Shown in pieces: positions 31,325-40,618 of a DNA stretch of 64,000 nucleotides (the first letter of the stretch is position 1; the number at the start of each line of letters is the position of its first letter). Below the pieces are notes generated by a model, which did not search any database, was not told the origin of the DNA, and worked only from the letters and a program-made list of their open reading frames with translations. The DNA comes from Bryobacterales bacterium (lineage in GTDB: Bacteria; Acidobacteriota; Terriglobia; Bryobacterales; UBA6623): contig OY729427.2 of assembly GCA_963422375.2 (NCBI GenBank), forward strand, positions 352,001 to 416,000, written 5' to 3'. The translations under genes were made by a program, and so were the position numbers.

Positions 31325-31719
31325 GCTGTTGATGACGCTGCATCATCTGCTGCGTCCAAGCGCAAGAGACCCTGCACATAGCGCTTTATCCATCCGCTCG
31401 CCTCCAATGATCTTCGAGTGAGGATCATTATGCCATCGAGGTCGGAATCGATCACCAGGTCGTGCAGCATCTCACCGCTGGTTGCTCTCTCGATCCCTGC
31501 AGCCACGAGGACCGTGCTCAAATCGTCAAGCACGGCTCGATGCTCGGCCTGACCCTTTGCAAGCAGGAAGCCCGTGGACTGTGCCAAGCCATTCTGGAGA
31601 ATCATGCTAGGCAGCTTGTGCGCCAAGGCTCCGTATTCCTTTTTCTGCCTGTCGGATCTGCGCCTGTCGACGCATTCGTAGGCAGCCTTAGCGATTCGGT
31701 GAGTGCGAGTTTCGATCAT
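31321..31719 (-). CDS. cmr5: Type III-B small subunit Cmr5
   Basis: YGALAHKLPSMILQNGLAQ, WIKRY; lies between cmr4 and cmr6. Confidence 0.93.
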   Translation of the reverse strand: MIETRTHRIAKAAYECVDRRRSDRQKKEYGALAHKLPSMILQNGLAQSTGFLLAKGQAEHRAVLDDLSTVLVAAGIERATSGEMLHDLVIDSDLDGIMILTRRSLEASGWIKRYVQGLLRLDAADDAASSTA

Positions 31720-32603
31720 TTCGGTTTCCCCTGAGCCGACTCAGAGAGGAATCGGACAAGACCGCTGCCGACGCCGGCCTTGCCTCCCAGCTGAAGGAGC
31801 GTGCCGCTTGACGGGACCGAGCCAGCGAGGTCGTCCGCCGCTCTCCAGTCCCCTTGGTTCCGTGACTCCGAGACTGCGTAGACGCCCCACATCACCGCAT
31901 CCGCCGGCAGGCTCTCCTCGTACCAGAGCGCTCCGTGCCGTACCGCTCCCGTCTTCTGGTCGATGGCGATCCGGGCCCGGATCTCGGTCGCTGTCTTGGC
32001 GAGAAAGCTCATCACGTGGTCCGGTACTACTGCAATCCGACTGATCACGTCGCTCCGGTCGCCGTCATCGGTGGGATGCACGGCACCGGCGATCTCCTTG
32101 GCAATGCCCGCCAGCGCAGCGTCCTCGCGAACCGACAGATCAAGGTCCTCAAGCACCAGTCTCCCGTCCATCCGGTTGACCGACTGGCTCGTCACGAGTG
32201 CTTCGCCCCTCGAAAGCGCGAACTCGTGGCGACGAACTCTTAGGCCACCCAGCGCGGCATCCCGAGCATAGTGCCGCAGGATGAAGGGCGATGTCACGTA
32301 ACTCACAATCCCGGCCAAGCAGCGCACTGGCATGAGGAGCAGGTGCGCATCGCCGACTGCCAGAGCACCGGCGAAGGAATCCCCGTCGCCGCTGATCGTT
32401 CGGGGGCCGAACAGGCTGTGGGCATTCTGGTGGCTCTGCAGTTCCACCTGCTGCCGGAGCACTCCGCGTAGCGACGATCCCGGCACGATTGGAAACTTGG
32501 TTGACCGTGCTCGGGCAATCGGCAAGTCCACGGCTCCCGCAGCCTGCCCGGTCCCGCAGTGAAGCGACGAGAGCGCATGAATATGAAAGAGTCTGGCCTT
32601 CAT
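31716..32603 (-). CDS. cmr4: Type III-B RAMP Cmr4 (target RNA nuclease)
   Basis: LHCGTGQ..GAVDLPIAR (catalytic Asp present), PGSSLRGVLR, GALWYEESLP, QLGGKAGVGSG. Confidence 0.95.
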   Translation of the reverse strand: MKARLFHIHALSSLHCGTGQAAGAVDLPIARARSTKFPIVPGSSLRGVLRQQVELQSHQNAHSLFGPRTISGDGDSFAGALAVGDAHLLLMPVRCLAGIVSYVTSPFILRHYARDAALGGLRVRRHEFALSRGEALVTSQSVNRMDGRLVLEDLDLSVREDAALAGIAKEIAGAVHPTDDGDRSDVISRIAVVPDHVMSFLAKTATEIRARIAIDQKTGAVRHGALWYEESLPADAVMWGVYAVSESRNQGDWRAADDLAGSVPSSGTLLQLGGKAGVGSGLVRFLSESAQGKPK

Positions 32604-33910
32604 TGGTGACGACCCTCCGTGATCAGATTTGCAGGTCGCGCTTGATCGGGCGGCCGCCACGGGCACGGAAGCGCGAGAGCGAAGCCGTCGCGACGGTCCT
32701 GCTCAAGGTCGCAAGCGCTGCTGAGCCAAAGCGCCCGGAGGTCGCGGGAGGCCGCGTCCCCGACAATGCGGAACCAATACGTCGAACCGCTCGGAACGAC
32801 TTTGCGAGCGGGCCGGGGCGCTCGCCTCGCAAGGTCCCAACCGGAATGCGGCTGCCATCGGCCTACCCCGGCCGCGCAGAGCCTTAGATTGAGGCCGGGC
32901 GCCGACGGAGGACTCCCGGTCAGGTCGTCCCCGAGCCACCCCGGACGGTATCCGCCGGAGAAGATCCCCGGAGTGAGAAGTGTAATGCAGAGGCCGCCCG
33001 CCAGCGCCATGTCCCTGTCCCATCCGTCAGGGAACCGCGGCCAGACAGATTCGTGCTCCGCGCGTAGTGCCGCCATGCGCCGCTTGCCGCCAAGATGCAC
33101 CACTGACTTGCTGATGGCACCGCCCTTCACCCGAGCAAGAAGGCGAAGCCGGTCGGTCGAGGCTCCATCCTCCTCGAGGCGAGCTGCGAAGTCGAGTCCC
33201 TCGGTCTCGAACAGGCCCCCGCCACGGGCGGCATGCGTTTCAGGATCGATTGATACGTGTGTTCGACGGTCACCCAACGACATTGGGTCCCAGCCTCGCT
33301 TCGCGACTTCGCCGAAGCTGATCGAGTCGCCGCGCCGAAACTTCAACAGGTCGTCAAGCGGCCACCACGCCGGGCCGTGTCTCTGCTTCCCTTCGACTGC
33401 TACCTCCACCTGCAGAGGCATCAGGCTGTCGGGCATGTCCGCTCCGCAACCGTCAGCGAAGTCTCGCGGCGCTGCGCGGATGCACCGGTCCGCGCCTCCG
33501 TGGGCGAAGTAGAGCGCATCGGCGGGTTTCGGGACCAAGACCTGCCCGTCTCCGCGAAGGAGCAGCGGTCCAATGACCTCCAGCTGCCTCGCGAGTTCCG
33601 GGCCGAACGGCTTGGCCGTCTGGCGCGCCCATGCCGTACGCAGGCAGCCCGCTACCGTCGAAGGAGGGGGGAATCGAGCGGGGTCCGCGTCGGCGTGGCT
33701 GTTTACAGGCCGACCGGAACGAACAATCACCGGAGCGAGAGGATCCAAGCTGACAACCGATTCGGACCTGATGGGCTCGGGCGGCCGCGCCGTCGCAGCG
33801 CTGCCCTCCTGCCTTGGCGCCGCCTTCTGGCGGTCGGCCGACATGGACGGTTGCTGGTTCGATCTCCCCTTGGACTGGCGGCGTTGGCCCCTCTTCTTGC
33901 GCGACCTCAC
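32600..33910 (-). CDS. cmr3: Type III-B Cmr3
   Basis: PVIVRSGRP, PPPSTVAGCLRT, RTHVSID, LGGKRR, LLTPGIF, SGWDL, VPSGSTYW, GFALA. Confidence 0.92.
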   Translation of the reverse strand: MRSRKKRGQRRQSKGRSNQQPSMSADRQKAAPRQEGSAATARPPEPIRSESVVSLDPLAPVIVRSGRPVNSHADADPARFPPPSTVAGCLRTAWARQTAKPFGPELARQLEVIGPLLLRGDGQVLVPKPADALYFAHGGADRCIRAAPRDFADGCGADMPDSLMPLQVEVAVEGKQRHGPAWWPLDDLLKFRRGDSISFGEVAKRGWDPMSLGDRRTHVSIDPETHAARGGGLFETEGLDFAARLEEDGASTDRLRLLARVKGGAISKSVVHLGGKRRMAALRAEHESVWPRFPDGWDRDMALAGGLCITLLTPGIFSGGYRPGWLGDDLTGSPPSAPGLNLRLCAAGVGRWQPHSGWDLARRAPRPARKVVPSGSTYWFRIVGDAASRDLRALWLSSACDLEQDRRDGFALALPCPWRPPDQARPANLITEGRHQ

Positions 33911-35769
33911 GAGCGTTCTCCCAGGTCAGCCTCAGTGCGCGCCGAAAGCCACCGCGCTGCAATCAACGTGTCCGCGACGCGCCGCAGCGGTTGTCGTGCG
34001 ACGAGGGCTCGGATCAGCTCGCGGATCTCGCCCGAGAGCCGTGTCTGACCGCCTTCCAGCCGCGCCCGGTCCAGCATCCGATTGACTTCTGCAAGTCGCA
34101 TGCCGGTGGCTATGTGTCCGCTATCTGACCTCAGCCAGGCTAGCCGCCGATCTATCGCACGAATGTCGTAGGCAGCGCGAGCTGGCAGCCTCCGGTCTCG
34201 GTAACCATCTGTCAGCCTCTCGAGTGCGCTCAGCGTCTCCCTGTCGTCCCAGCGACAGCGCCACTGAACCTCGCCGCCAGAACGCACGCCAAGCACAAAC
34301 GCGATGGCATTACGCGAAGTACCCGCGGAGTCGCCTTTCGCTAGCTTCTCCGCCCGCTCGGCCCGGGCCCTTAGCTTGCCTAGCGGTTCCATCAAGTGAC
34401 CGATTCCCAAGCCGACGGAAAGCGACGGTCGCTCGGCGTTGGGGGGGCACAGGCTCTCCGCGACGTCGCCGAGTTCACCTTCAAAGACTTCTGCCAAGTC
34501 GCGAGCGCACATCTGTGCGCCGGTCAGCGGCAACATCGCTAGCACGTCGTCTCCTCCCGCATAAATGCAATGGCCGCGATTGTCTTGAACAATGCCTCTG
34601 GCCTTGCTTGCGAACAGATGCAGCGCCTTGGAAGCATGCCTAGACTGATCCGCGCTAGCCGCTCGCGAAAGGAACTTGCCCATGCGGTCCCCGTCAGCCA
34701 TCAAGATGGCTACGTAGGGTACCGGACTGCCCGCTGCGTCGCCGGAAGCACTCCGTTCCACCGACAACTGGCGCAGGCATTCTCGCAGGGCCTTAACCGC
34801 CGTCCGTGCCGTCAAGCCCCCTGTCTCCCGTATCACCCTCGTAGTCCGGTCCATGCGGAACGGAAACAGCAGCGTCGCATCAAACGGGAGGTCGGCGTAG
34901 ATCCCGGCATTGCCGCGGACTCGCGACGCAAGCCCTCGACCAAGGGGATGCAGCGCTTCGTAAGCGGATGCGTATGAGTCCTTGAGGCGTCGCCGCTGGT
35001 CGGACGTCAGCCGCTCGATCCAAGGGTCCGCAGCGATCCGAGAAACCGGAGTGAACTGGTCTGACGGCCCTGCCAGGCGCTTGATCACACCCAGCGCATC
35101 GAGGTGCTCTTGGTCGCCGACCTGATCCCCTCCTGCCAGAGCAAGCCGCCTGGAGGCGGCATCGCCGGAAGACCATGGCCGCAAAACCGTTTCGCGCCCC
35201 CCGTCCAGAGACGACTTCGGGAGGCCGCCGGTCGACAGCCTGGCACACTGGACAAAGTTGCGCGTTGCCTTGCGCGCCGCCAACGCGATTCCCAGCTGTT
35301 CGCTCGCCTCTCCGTAACCTTCGTCGCGGGACTCGACTCGCGCCCACGCCGAGTATGCCTCCAGGATGTCTCCGATCTGCGATTCCCAGACCTCCGACCG
35401 GATCAGAGCTTGAAGACCCTCCCTTGCGCGCCTTCCCAAGTCTCGCACGCGTACCGCTGCGTCGGCCTTGGCATCCTCGCACAGGGCACGGGCTGCCCGC
35501 ATGTCAGGCACGGACACCTCCGCCCGCAGGACATTTGAAATGTTCGCACCGTCGCCCGGCTCGCTCTGCGGTTCTAGATCCTGAATCGGATTCGCGACAT
35601 GAGGAATAATCAGGCATCCTGGCTGGGCCCTGTGCAGGCAGCGAGCCGCGGCCCTTGCGGCCTCCGAAAGGAGCCAAGAGCCACACCATAAGTCGCGAGT
35701 CCGTCGGGCAGCGCCGATCAGGCTCTGGACCGGCCCCAACGAGAGAGTGACGAGGAACGTCTGCATCAA
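33907..35769 (-). CDS. cas10: Cas10/Cmr2 lacking HD nuclease domain
   Basis: Starts directly at LGPVQSLIGAARRTRDLWCGSWLLSE; ADGDRMG and IYAGGDD palm motifs intact; 620 aa. Confidence 0.95.
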   Translation of the reverse strand: MMQTFLVTLSLGPVQSLIGAARRTRDLWCGSWLLSEAARAAARCLHRAQPGCLIIPHVANPIQDLEPQSEPGDGANISNVLRAEVSVPDMRAARALCEDAKADAAVRVRDLGRRAREGLQALIRSEVWESQIGDILEAYSAWARVESRDEGYGEASEQLGIALAARKATRNFVQCARLSTGGLPKSSLDGGRETVLRPWSSGDAASRRLALAGGDQVGDQEHLDALGVIKRLAGPSDQFTPVSRIAADPWIERLTSDQRRRLKDSYASAYEALHPLGRGLASRVRGNAGIYADLPFDATLLFPFRMDRTTRVIRETGGLTARTAVKALRECLRQLSVERSASGDAAGSPVPYVAILMADGDRMGKFLSRAASADQSRHASKALHLFASKARGIVQDNRGHCIYAGGDDVLAMLPLTGAQMCARDLAEVFEGELGDVAESLCPPNAERPSLSVGLGIGHLMEPLGKLRARAERAEKLAKGDSAGTSRNAIAFVLGVRSGGEVQWRCRWDDRETLSALERLTDGYRDRRLPARAAYDIRAIDRRLAWLRSDSGHIATGMRLAEVNRMLDRARLEGGQTRLSGEIRELIRALVARQPLRRVADTLIAARWLSARTEADLGERS

Positions 35770-35785
35770 TGCTCTCCGAGCCCGC

Positions 35786-36961
35786 CTATTGTTCGAAGTA
35801 GGTCACGAAGGCGGAGAGGGCGTCCGCTTCCCCTTGGTCATCAAGGGGCGGAATCCTCCTGGCCTCCCGCTTGCGATCCGCCGAGTCCTTCGGCCAGGAC
35901 TCGTAGAAATGAGGACACCCCTTGAGTTCCACGGATCGGCTCACGCAGGCTTCCCATCCGGGAACAAGAAGCGCAGCCGGCTTGTACGCCTTGCCGTCGA
36001 AATAGGGGCGCAGCACGAGCGGACTGGCCATCCTGTCCCTGCCTTCAGGTTTCAGAGTGAGGTCTGACATCTCGCCCTTAAATTGGAATACGATCGGCAA
36101 ACCGAAGGAGGCGCGGGGAAAGAATTCCATTCCGGCAGAGCCGGAACCAGGGCCCCGACTCAAACGGCGGAGCGTGCTGGCCTCAGGCCAGTTGCTAGCT
36201 CCCGGCACCTTCCCTCGCCCCTTGCCCTGCCGTCGCCCGACGCCGACTCCCTGCCGGAACTGCTCGAGCGCTCTGACCGCTTCGGCCCACGCTCCGACCG
36301 CTTCAGTCTTAGCGCTCGACGTGCGCAATACCAGCCTGCCGCCTCGCGATTCGACATCACTTCGCTCGACGGGCATCAAGTCACCTGCCGACTCGACCAC
36401 TCGGACGGCCCCGAGACCGCGCCGAGTGCGAGCTCCCAAGCCGGCGAAGCTTGCCCACCAGCGGACGGCCTCTACTACCTGTGCGCGCTGCTGTGGCGTC
36501 ACTGAGGGACAGAAGCTGACTTCCAAACCGAACCGATAGCCCGGCCTCAGCAGTTCGGGCTCGGCACGGGAATCCAGGACCAGCGCATATGACGGAAACT
36601 TGGCCCCCCATTTGACGAGCTCGCGCTGGGTCGCAGGCTCCGCCCTGGCGCCGACACTCACCCTGCTGGCGCGGGGGCCGCTCTTTCGTATGCCCCCCCA
36701 CAGCTCGGATTCGGCCTCGAACAACTGCTTGGTCGAGGGACGAGCGTTGAGGAGCCTCCACCAATATCGGAGCTGGCCACGAACTGCGCTGGGTCGTACG
36801 GGCAGCTCACGATCAATCTCGCCCGGCTGAACTCCGCCTCCGTACATGGGCGTGATCAATTCGAGGGTCGCGGTCAGTGGTCGCACTCCATCGGTGCGGC
36901 TGGCACTCTCCCAAGCCTGCATCGCCCCGTCCGGGCTCAACTCGCAGTTCGGTGTTCGCAT
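35786..36961 (-). CDS. cmr1: Type III-B RAMP Cmr1
   Basis: LITPMYGGG, VRGQLRYWWR, GLGARTRRGLG, RASFGLPIVF, RMASPLVLRP. Confidence 0.93.
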   Translation of the reverse strand: MRTPNCELSPDGAMQAWESASRTDGVRPLTATLELITPMYGGGVQPGEIDRELPVRPSAVRGQLRYWWRLLNARPSTKQLFEAESELWGGIRKSGPRASRVSVGARAEPATQRELVKWGAKFPSYALVLDSRAEPELLRPGYRFGLEVSFCPSVTPQQRAQVVEAVRWWASFAGLGARTRRGLGAVRVVESAGDLMPVERSDVESRGGRLVLRTSSAKTEAVGAWAEAVRALEQFRQGVGVGRRQGKGRGKVPGASNWPEASTLRRLSRGPGSGSAGMEFFPRASFGLPIVFQFKGEMSDLTLKPEGRDRMASPLVLRPYFDGKAYKPAALLVPGWEACVSRSVELKGCPHFYESWPKDSADRKREARRIPPLDDQGEADALSAFVTYFEQ

Positions 36962-37274
36962 TAGATTCCTACGCTCTCCCGCTCTCTGGCCGGGAATCCA
37001 AATTGATCCCGCCCGGCAGCCGGATGTCCCGAACCGTAGGCTCGGCCTGGCCGACAGGCTCGGCGAATGGTGGCGGGTACGAGTCGCAAACCACTCGAGA
37101 AGGGATTTGCCAGCCGACGATTTGACACCCTCCGTTCGTCTCGCGACGACGTAACGCCTGACCAATCATCGCTCCCTTTCGAATCGCCAAGATTGATGAT
37201 ATCCCCTCTCTCGAGCCCGTGCCGAATCTGCAAGCTTGCCGTTTCCGGCTCTATCGATTGAGCAACACTGCTAG

Positions 37275-39174
37275 CCCGGATAATTCATGAGTAGCCCGGA
37301 GGGCCATAGTCCGGTCCCTCCGCCCGGGCCGTGAGGGCCCCCGGTCCAGCGCGATCCTCACTCCTAGGAGTGCCCTGCGATCCCCGGCAGCAGCCCCGGC
37401 CCGCTCCGATTGAGATCCAAGTTTATATGCTGAAGTGGTTTTTATACGGTATTTTACAATGAATACATTGTCGCATTCGCAGGCTCCCAAGGCGTTCTAT
37501 TCCGCAATCCGCGCCGTCGCGCCGTCGCCGTCCACTTCGATCACGAGCGCAGCAGCTCCGACGGCGGCGCTGTCCCGGTCGAGGCCGCCCACCGCGCTCC
37601 CGGCCTCACCGCGGCCTTCGCCGACTGCCTGCGCGACCGGCGCCAGCCCTCCGAGGTGCTCCACTCCCTCGCCGACAGGCTCCGCCAGCGCATCTACGGC
37701 CGCGCCTGCGGCTAGGAGGACTGCAACGACGCCGGGCGCCTCGGCGGCGACCCCGTGTTCAAGCTGCCGCTCGGGCGCGACCCCTGGCAGGGTCGCGACC
37801 TGCCGTCCCGGCCCACCCTGTCGCGCTTCGAGAACGCCGGCACCGCGGACGCGCCGAGCGCGCTGTCCGCGGTACCGGCCCGCTGCGTCGTGCGGCGCCG
37901 GCACGAGCGGCGCCCCGAGACGAGCATCGTCGGGCTGGACTTCGACCCGACCTGCGAGCCGACGCACGGGGGCCGGCAGCTGGCGCTGTGCAACGGCTTC
38001 CACGACACGCATTGCTACTTGCCGCTGGTGGGCGTGGTGCGCTTCGACGACGAGCGCGAGCGGCATCTCGTGGCGGCGCTGCTGCGCTCGGGCACGGCGG
38101 CGGCCGCGGAGGGCTTGCTGCCGCTGCTGCGGGAATTCTTCCCGCGGGCGACGCTGCGCCTGCGCTTGGACGCGGGCTTCCAAGGGGACGAGCTGCCGGC
38201 CTATGGCGAGCGCGAGGGCCTGGAGTGCGTGGTGTACCTGCAGAAGAACGCGGTGCCGGAGCGGCGCGCGGCCCCGTTGCGGGCGGCCGTCGAGGCCCGG
38301 CGGCACGCCGGGCACGGACCCCGGCGGGGCAGCGGCGGCCGCGGGGGACCCGCCGTCCCGGCTGGAGCAGTTGCGGGCGAAGTACGCGCGGCTGGGAGCC
38401 GGCACGCAGGGGGGCCGGCCGGGCGCGGAGGACGCGGGCAAGAACCCGGGCCCGCTGCACGGGCAGTTCGTCTAGCGGGCGGGCCGCCGGTCGCGGGCGC
38501 GGCGGGTGATCGTCAAGGCGGACGCGAGCGAGTTTCCCGGGCGCGCCCCGCAGTGGAACCCGCGCTACGCGGTGACCAACGCGGGCGGCAGCCCGCAGCG
38601 CCTCTACGAGCGGATCCACTGCCTGCGGGGAGACGAGGAGAACCGCGTCAAGGAGCTCGAGCACGGGATGCGGAGGGACCGCGCCAGCTGCTCGAGCTTC
38701 GCGGCGAACCGGTTCCGCGTGCCGCTCGCGGCGGCGGCCTACGTGATCATGCAGGAACTGCGCTGGCAGGCACGGGACACGCCGCTGCGGAAGCGCCGGG
38801 TGGACGGGTTGCGCCTCGGCCCGCTGAAGCCGGGGGCGCGGGTCGCGGCCACAGCGAAGCGGATCGTGCTGCGAGTGCCGCGGATGGCACCGTTCCGGGA
38901 CGCCTGGGTGGTGGTGGCGCGGGGCTTGGGGGCCGTGCCGATATGACGCCGGGCCGGGTCAATCCGGAGAGTGTCGGCAGGCGCCGGGTGCCGCCGAGGG
39001 AAACCGTGCCTGCCCCCCGGGCGGGTGCCGCCGAGGAGGTGTCCGCGGCCCGCACGCCGCTCGCGAGACGCCCCGCAAGCCCCGCCCGCAGGCGTTTCGG
39101 AAGCAGATTGGGCGGCCATCGAGGGCCCAGAAACCGGATCCATGGGCCTGCGCCGCATTCGTGAATAATGCGGG
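37275..39174 (+). mobile_element. IS1380-family element copy 1, transposase pseudogene
   Basis: Ends CCCGGATAATTCATGA / TCGTGAATAATGCGGG; CTAG duplicated at 37271-37274 and 39175-39178; motifs LPSRPTLSRFEN, LDFDPT, RLDAGF, NPRYAVTN, ENRVKELE; stops and frameshifts. Confidence 0.92.
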
Positions 39175-40298
39175 CTAGGGCCCTCCGCAACTCCCGGGAG
39201 AGGCGGTCTTGGTCGTGGAGCACATGGCGGTGGTGCCGGTCCTTCTCGGAAGTACCGTGAACCAAGGCGCTGCGCAGCGTCCTCAGCAACCCAAGTGCCT
39301 CCGCACGATCGCCCGACGACGCTTAGAAGAGGCGCTCGGCCCCGAGTCTTCGTCCGATTTGATAATCGACCGACGGCAGGCCGACTTGGTCGCATTCCTT
39401 GGTAGTCAAAGCCTCCCAGCCGAAGACCACCGCCCTCAGGTAGTCGCTGCGCCCGAGGTGTTCCCAAGCGAGTCTCTTCTGGTGTTCCGCGAGGCTGCCC
39501 CGGCGCGACCAAGCAAGGCGATCCTTGAGCGTTCTCGCGAATAGGCGGGAAGCACCGTGTAATTCGCTCCGATCAAGGAACGCATTGAGTTTTCGGAGTT
39601 GCTTCAAAGCCTCCGGCAAGTTGAGTGTCCGCTCGTAAAATGCCGCTCTCTCCAACCACCGCGCCTTGTCGCTCTCAACACCGTTTTCGATCAGCAGCGG
39701 CGCAAATACGCCGTAGTCCCCGCTTGCGTCGAATCGGTCCAACGCGTCGACCCAGCGGCGGACACGAGCCAATCCTCCGAGCTGCAACACGGGGGCCACG
39801 CCACCCTCGCCCAGGTCGAGAGCGCCGTACCAAAGCCCATGAACCTTGAGTTGGCGAATCCCCTCCAGCATGAAGGCCGAGAGAAGGCCAACCATGCCGA
39901 AGTACCTGAAACCCGTGGGCCACCTCGATGCTCACCTCACCGCCCGGAACCGAATCCTCGATCACCTCGAGGATCTCGTATTGCTCGCTCTCGCTGGCTC
40001 CGTAGGGTATGAGCCAGGGCTTGACTTGAGTCCCGACAGCCCGCTCCATGAGCGGAACCAACGCCTCCAGCATGGCCTCGGTGACTCGGCCGGACGCCTC
40101 AGCTTCAAGCAACTCCAACCTCGCATCCTCTTCCTCGGCCCCGGTCACCAAGTTTTCGACGAGAACTCCCCATTGACTGCAGCGCGTCCCTAGGATGACA
40201 ACCAGCTACGGCTTCAGGTGGGTGGCGAGCCTGAGCCCGAAGAACGCGGACTCGCGTGGCTCGGCCTCTCCGAGGAATCGGAACCTCGCGACTAGGTA

Positions 40299-40553
40299 GT
40301 GCCTGTGACAAAACTCGTATCTCCTTGACAACAAAGTAGTTAGGTCCAATCTTTCAAGGCGAAGATTTCACTGGAACGCTACGACTGGTCCGAAATCCTG
40401 CCAATTCTGGGTAGAGCGCGGAAATCTTCGCGATTGGCGGCTGAGCAACTTCCGACCTTGGGCCATATATGTTGTGTTTGGAGATCCATCCGACATCAGG
40501 ATGTAGTATGAAATGCTGATCAGGCCAGAATTCAGGGGTTTTGTCACAAGCAC
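40299..40553. mobile_element. 255-bp MITE-like insertion in csx1
   Basis: 16-bp inverted ends GTGCCTGTGACAAAAC / GTGCTTGTGACAAAAC (1 mismatch); TAGGTA duplicated at 40293-40298 and 40554-40559; removal restores the csx1 frame. Confidence 0.88.
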
Positions 40554-40618
40554 TAGGTACCCGGTCTTCATCTCGTGCGAAGCCTTCCCGAGGAACCTAA
40601 CGAGAGTGTGGCGACCCA

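Noticed and set aside
36969..37170. Small minus-strand ORF between csx1 and cmr1 (MIGQALRRRE...) as cas6 or ring nuclease
   Set aside because: Too short for Cas6 and no recognisable motif, despite a GGAG upstream
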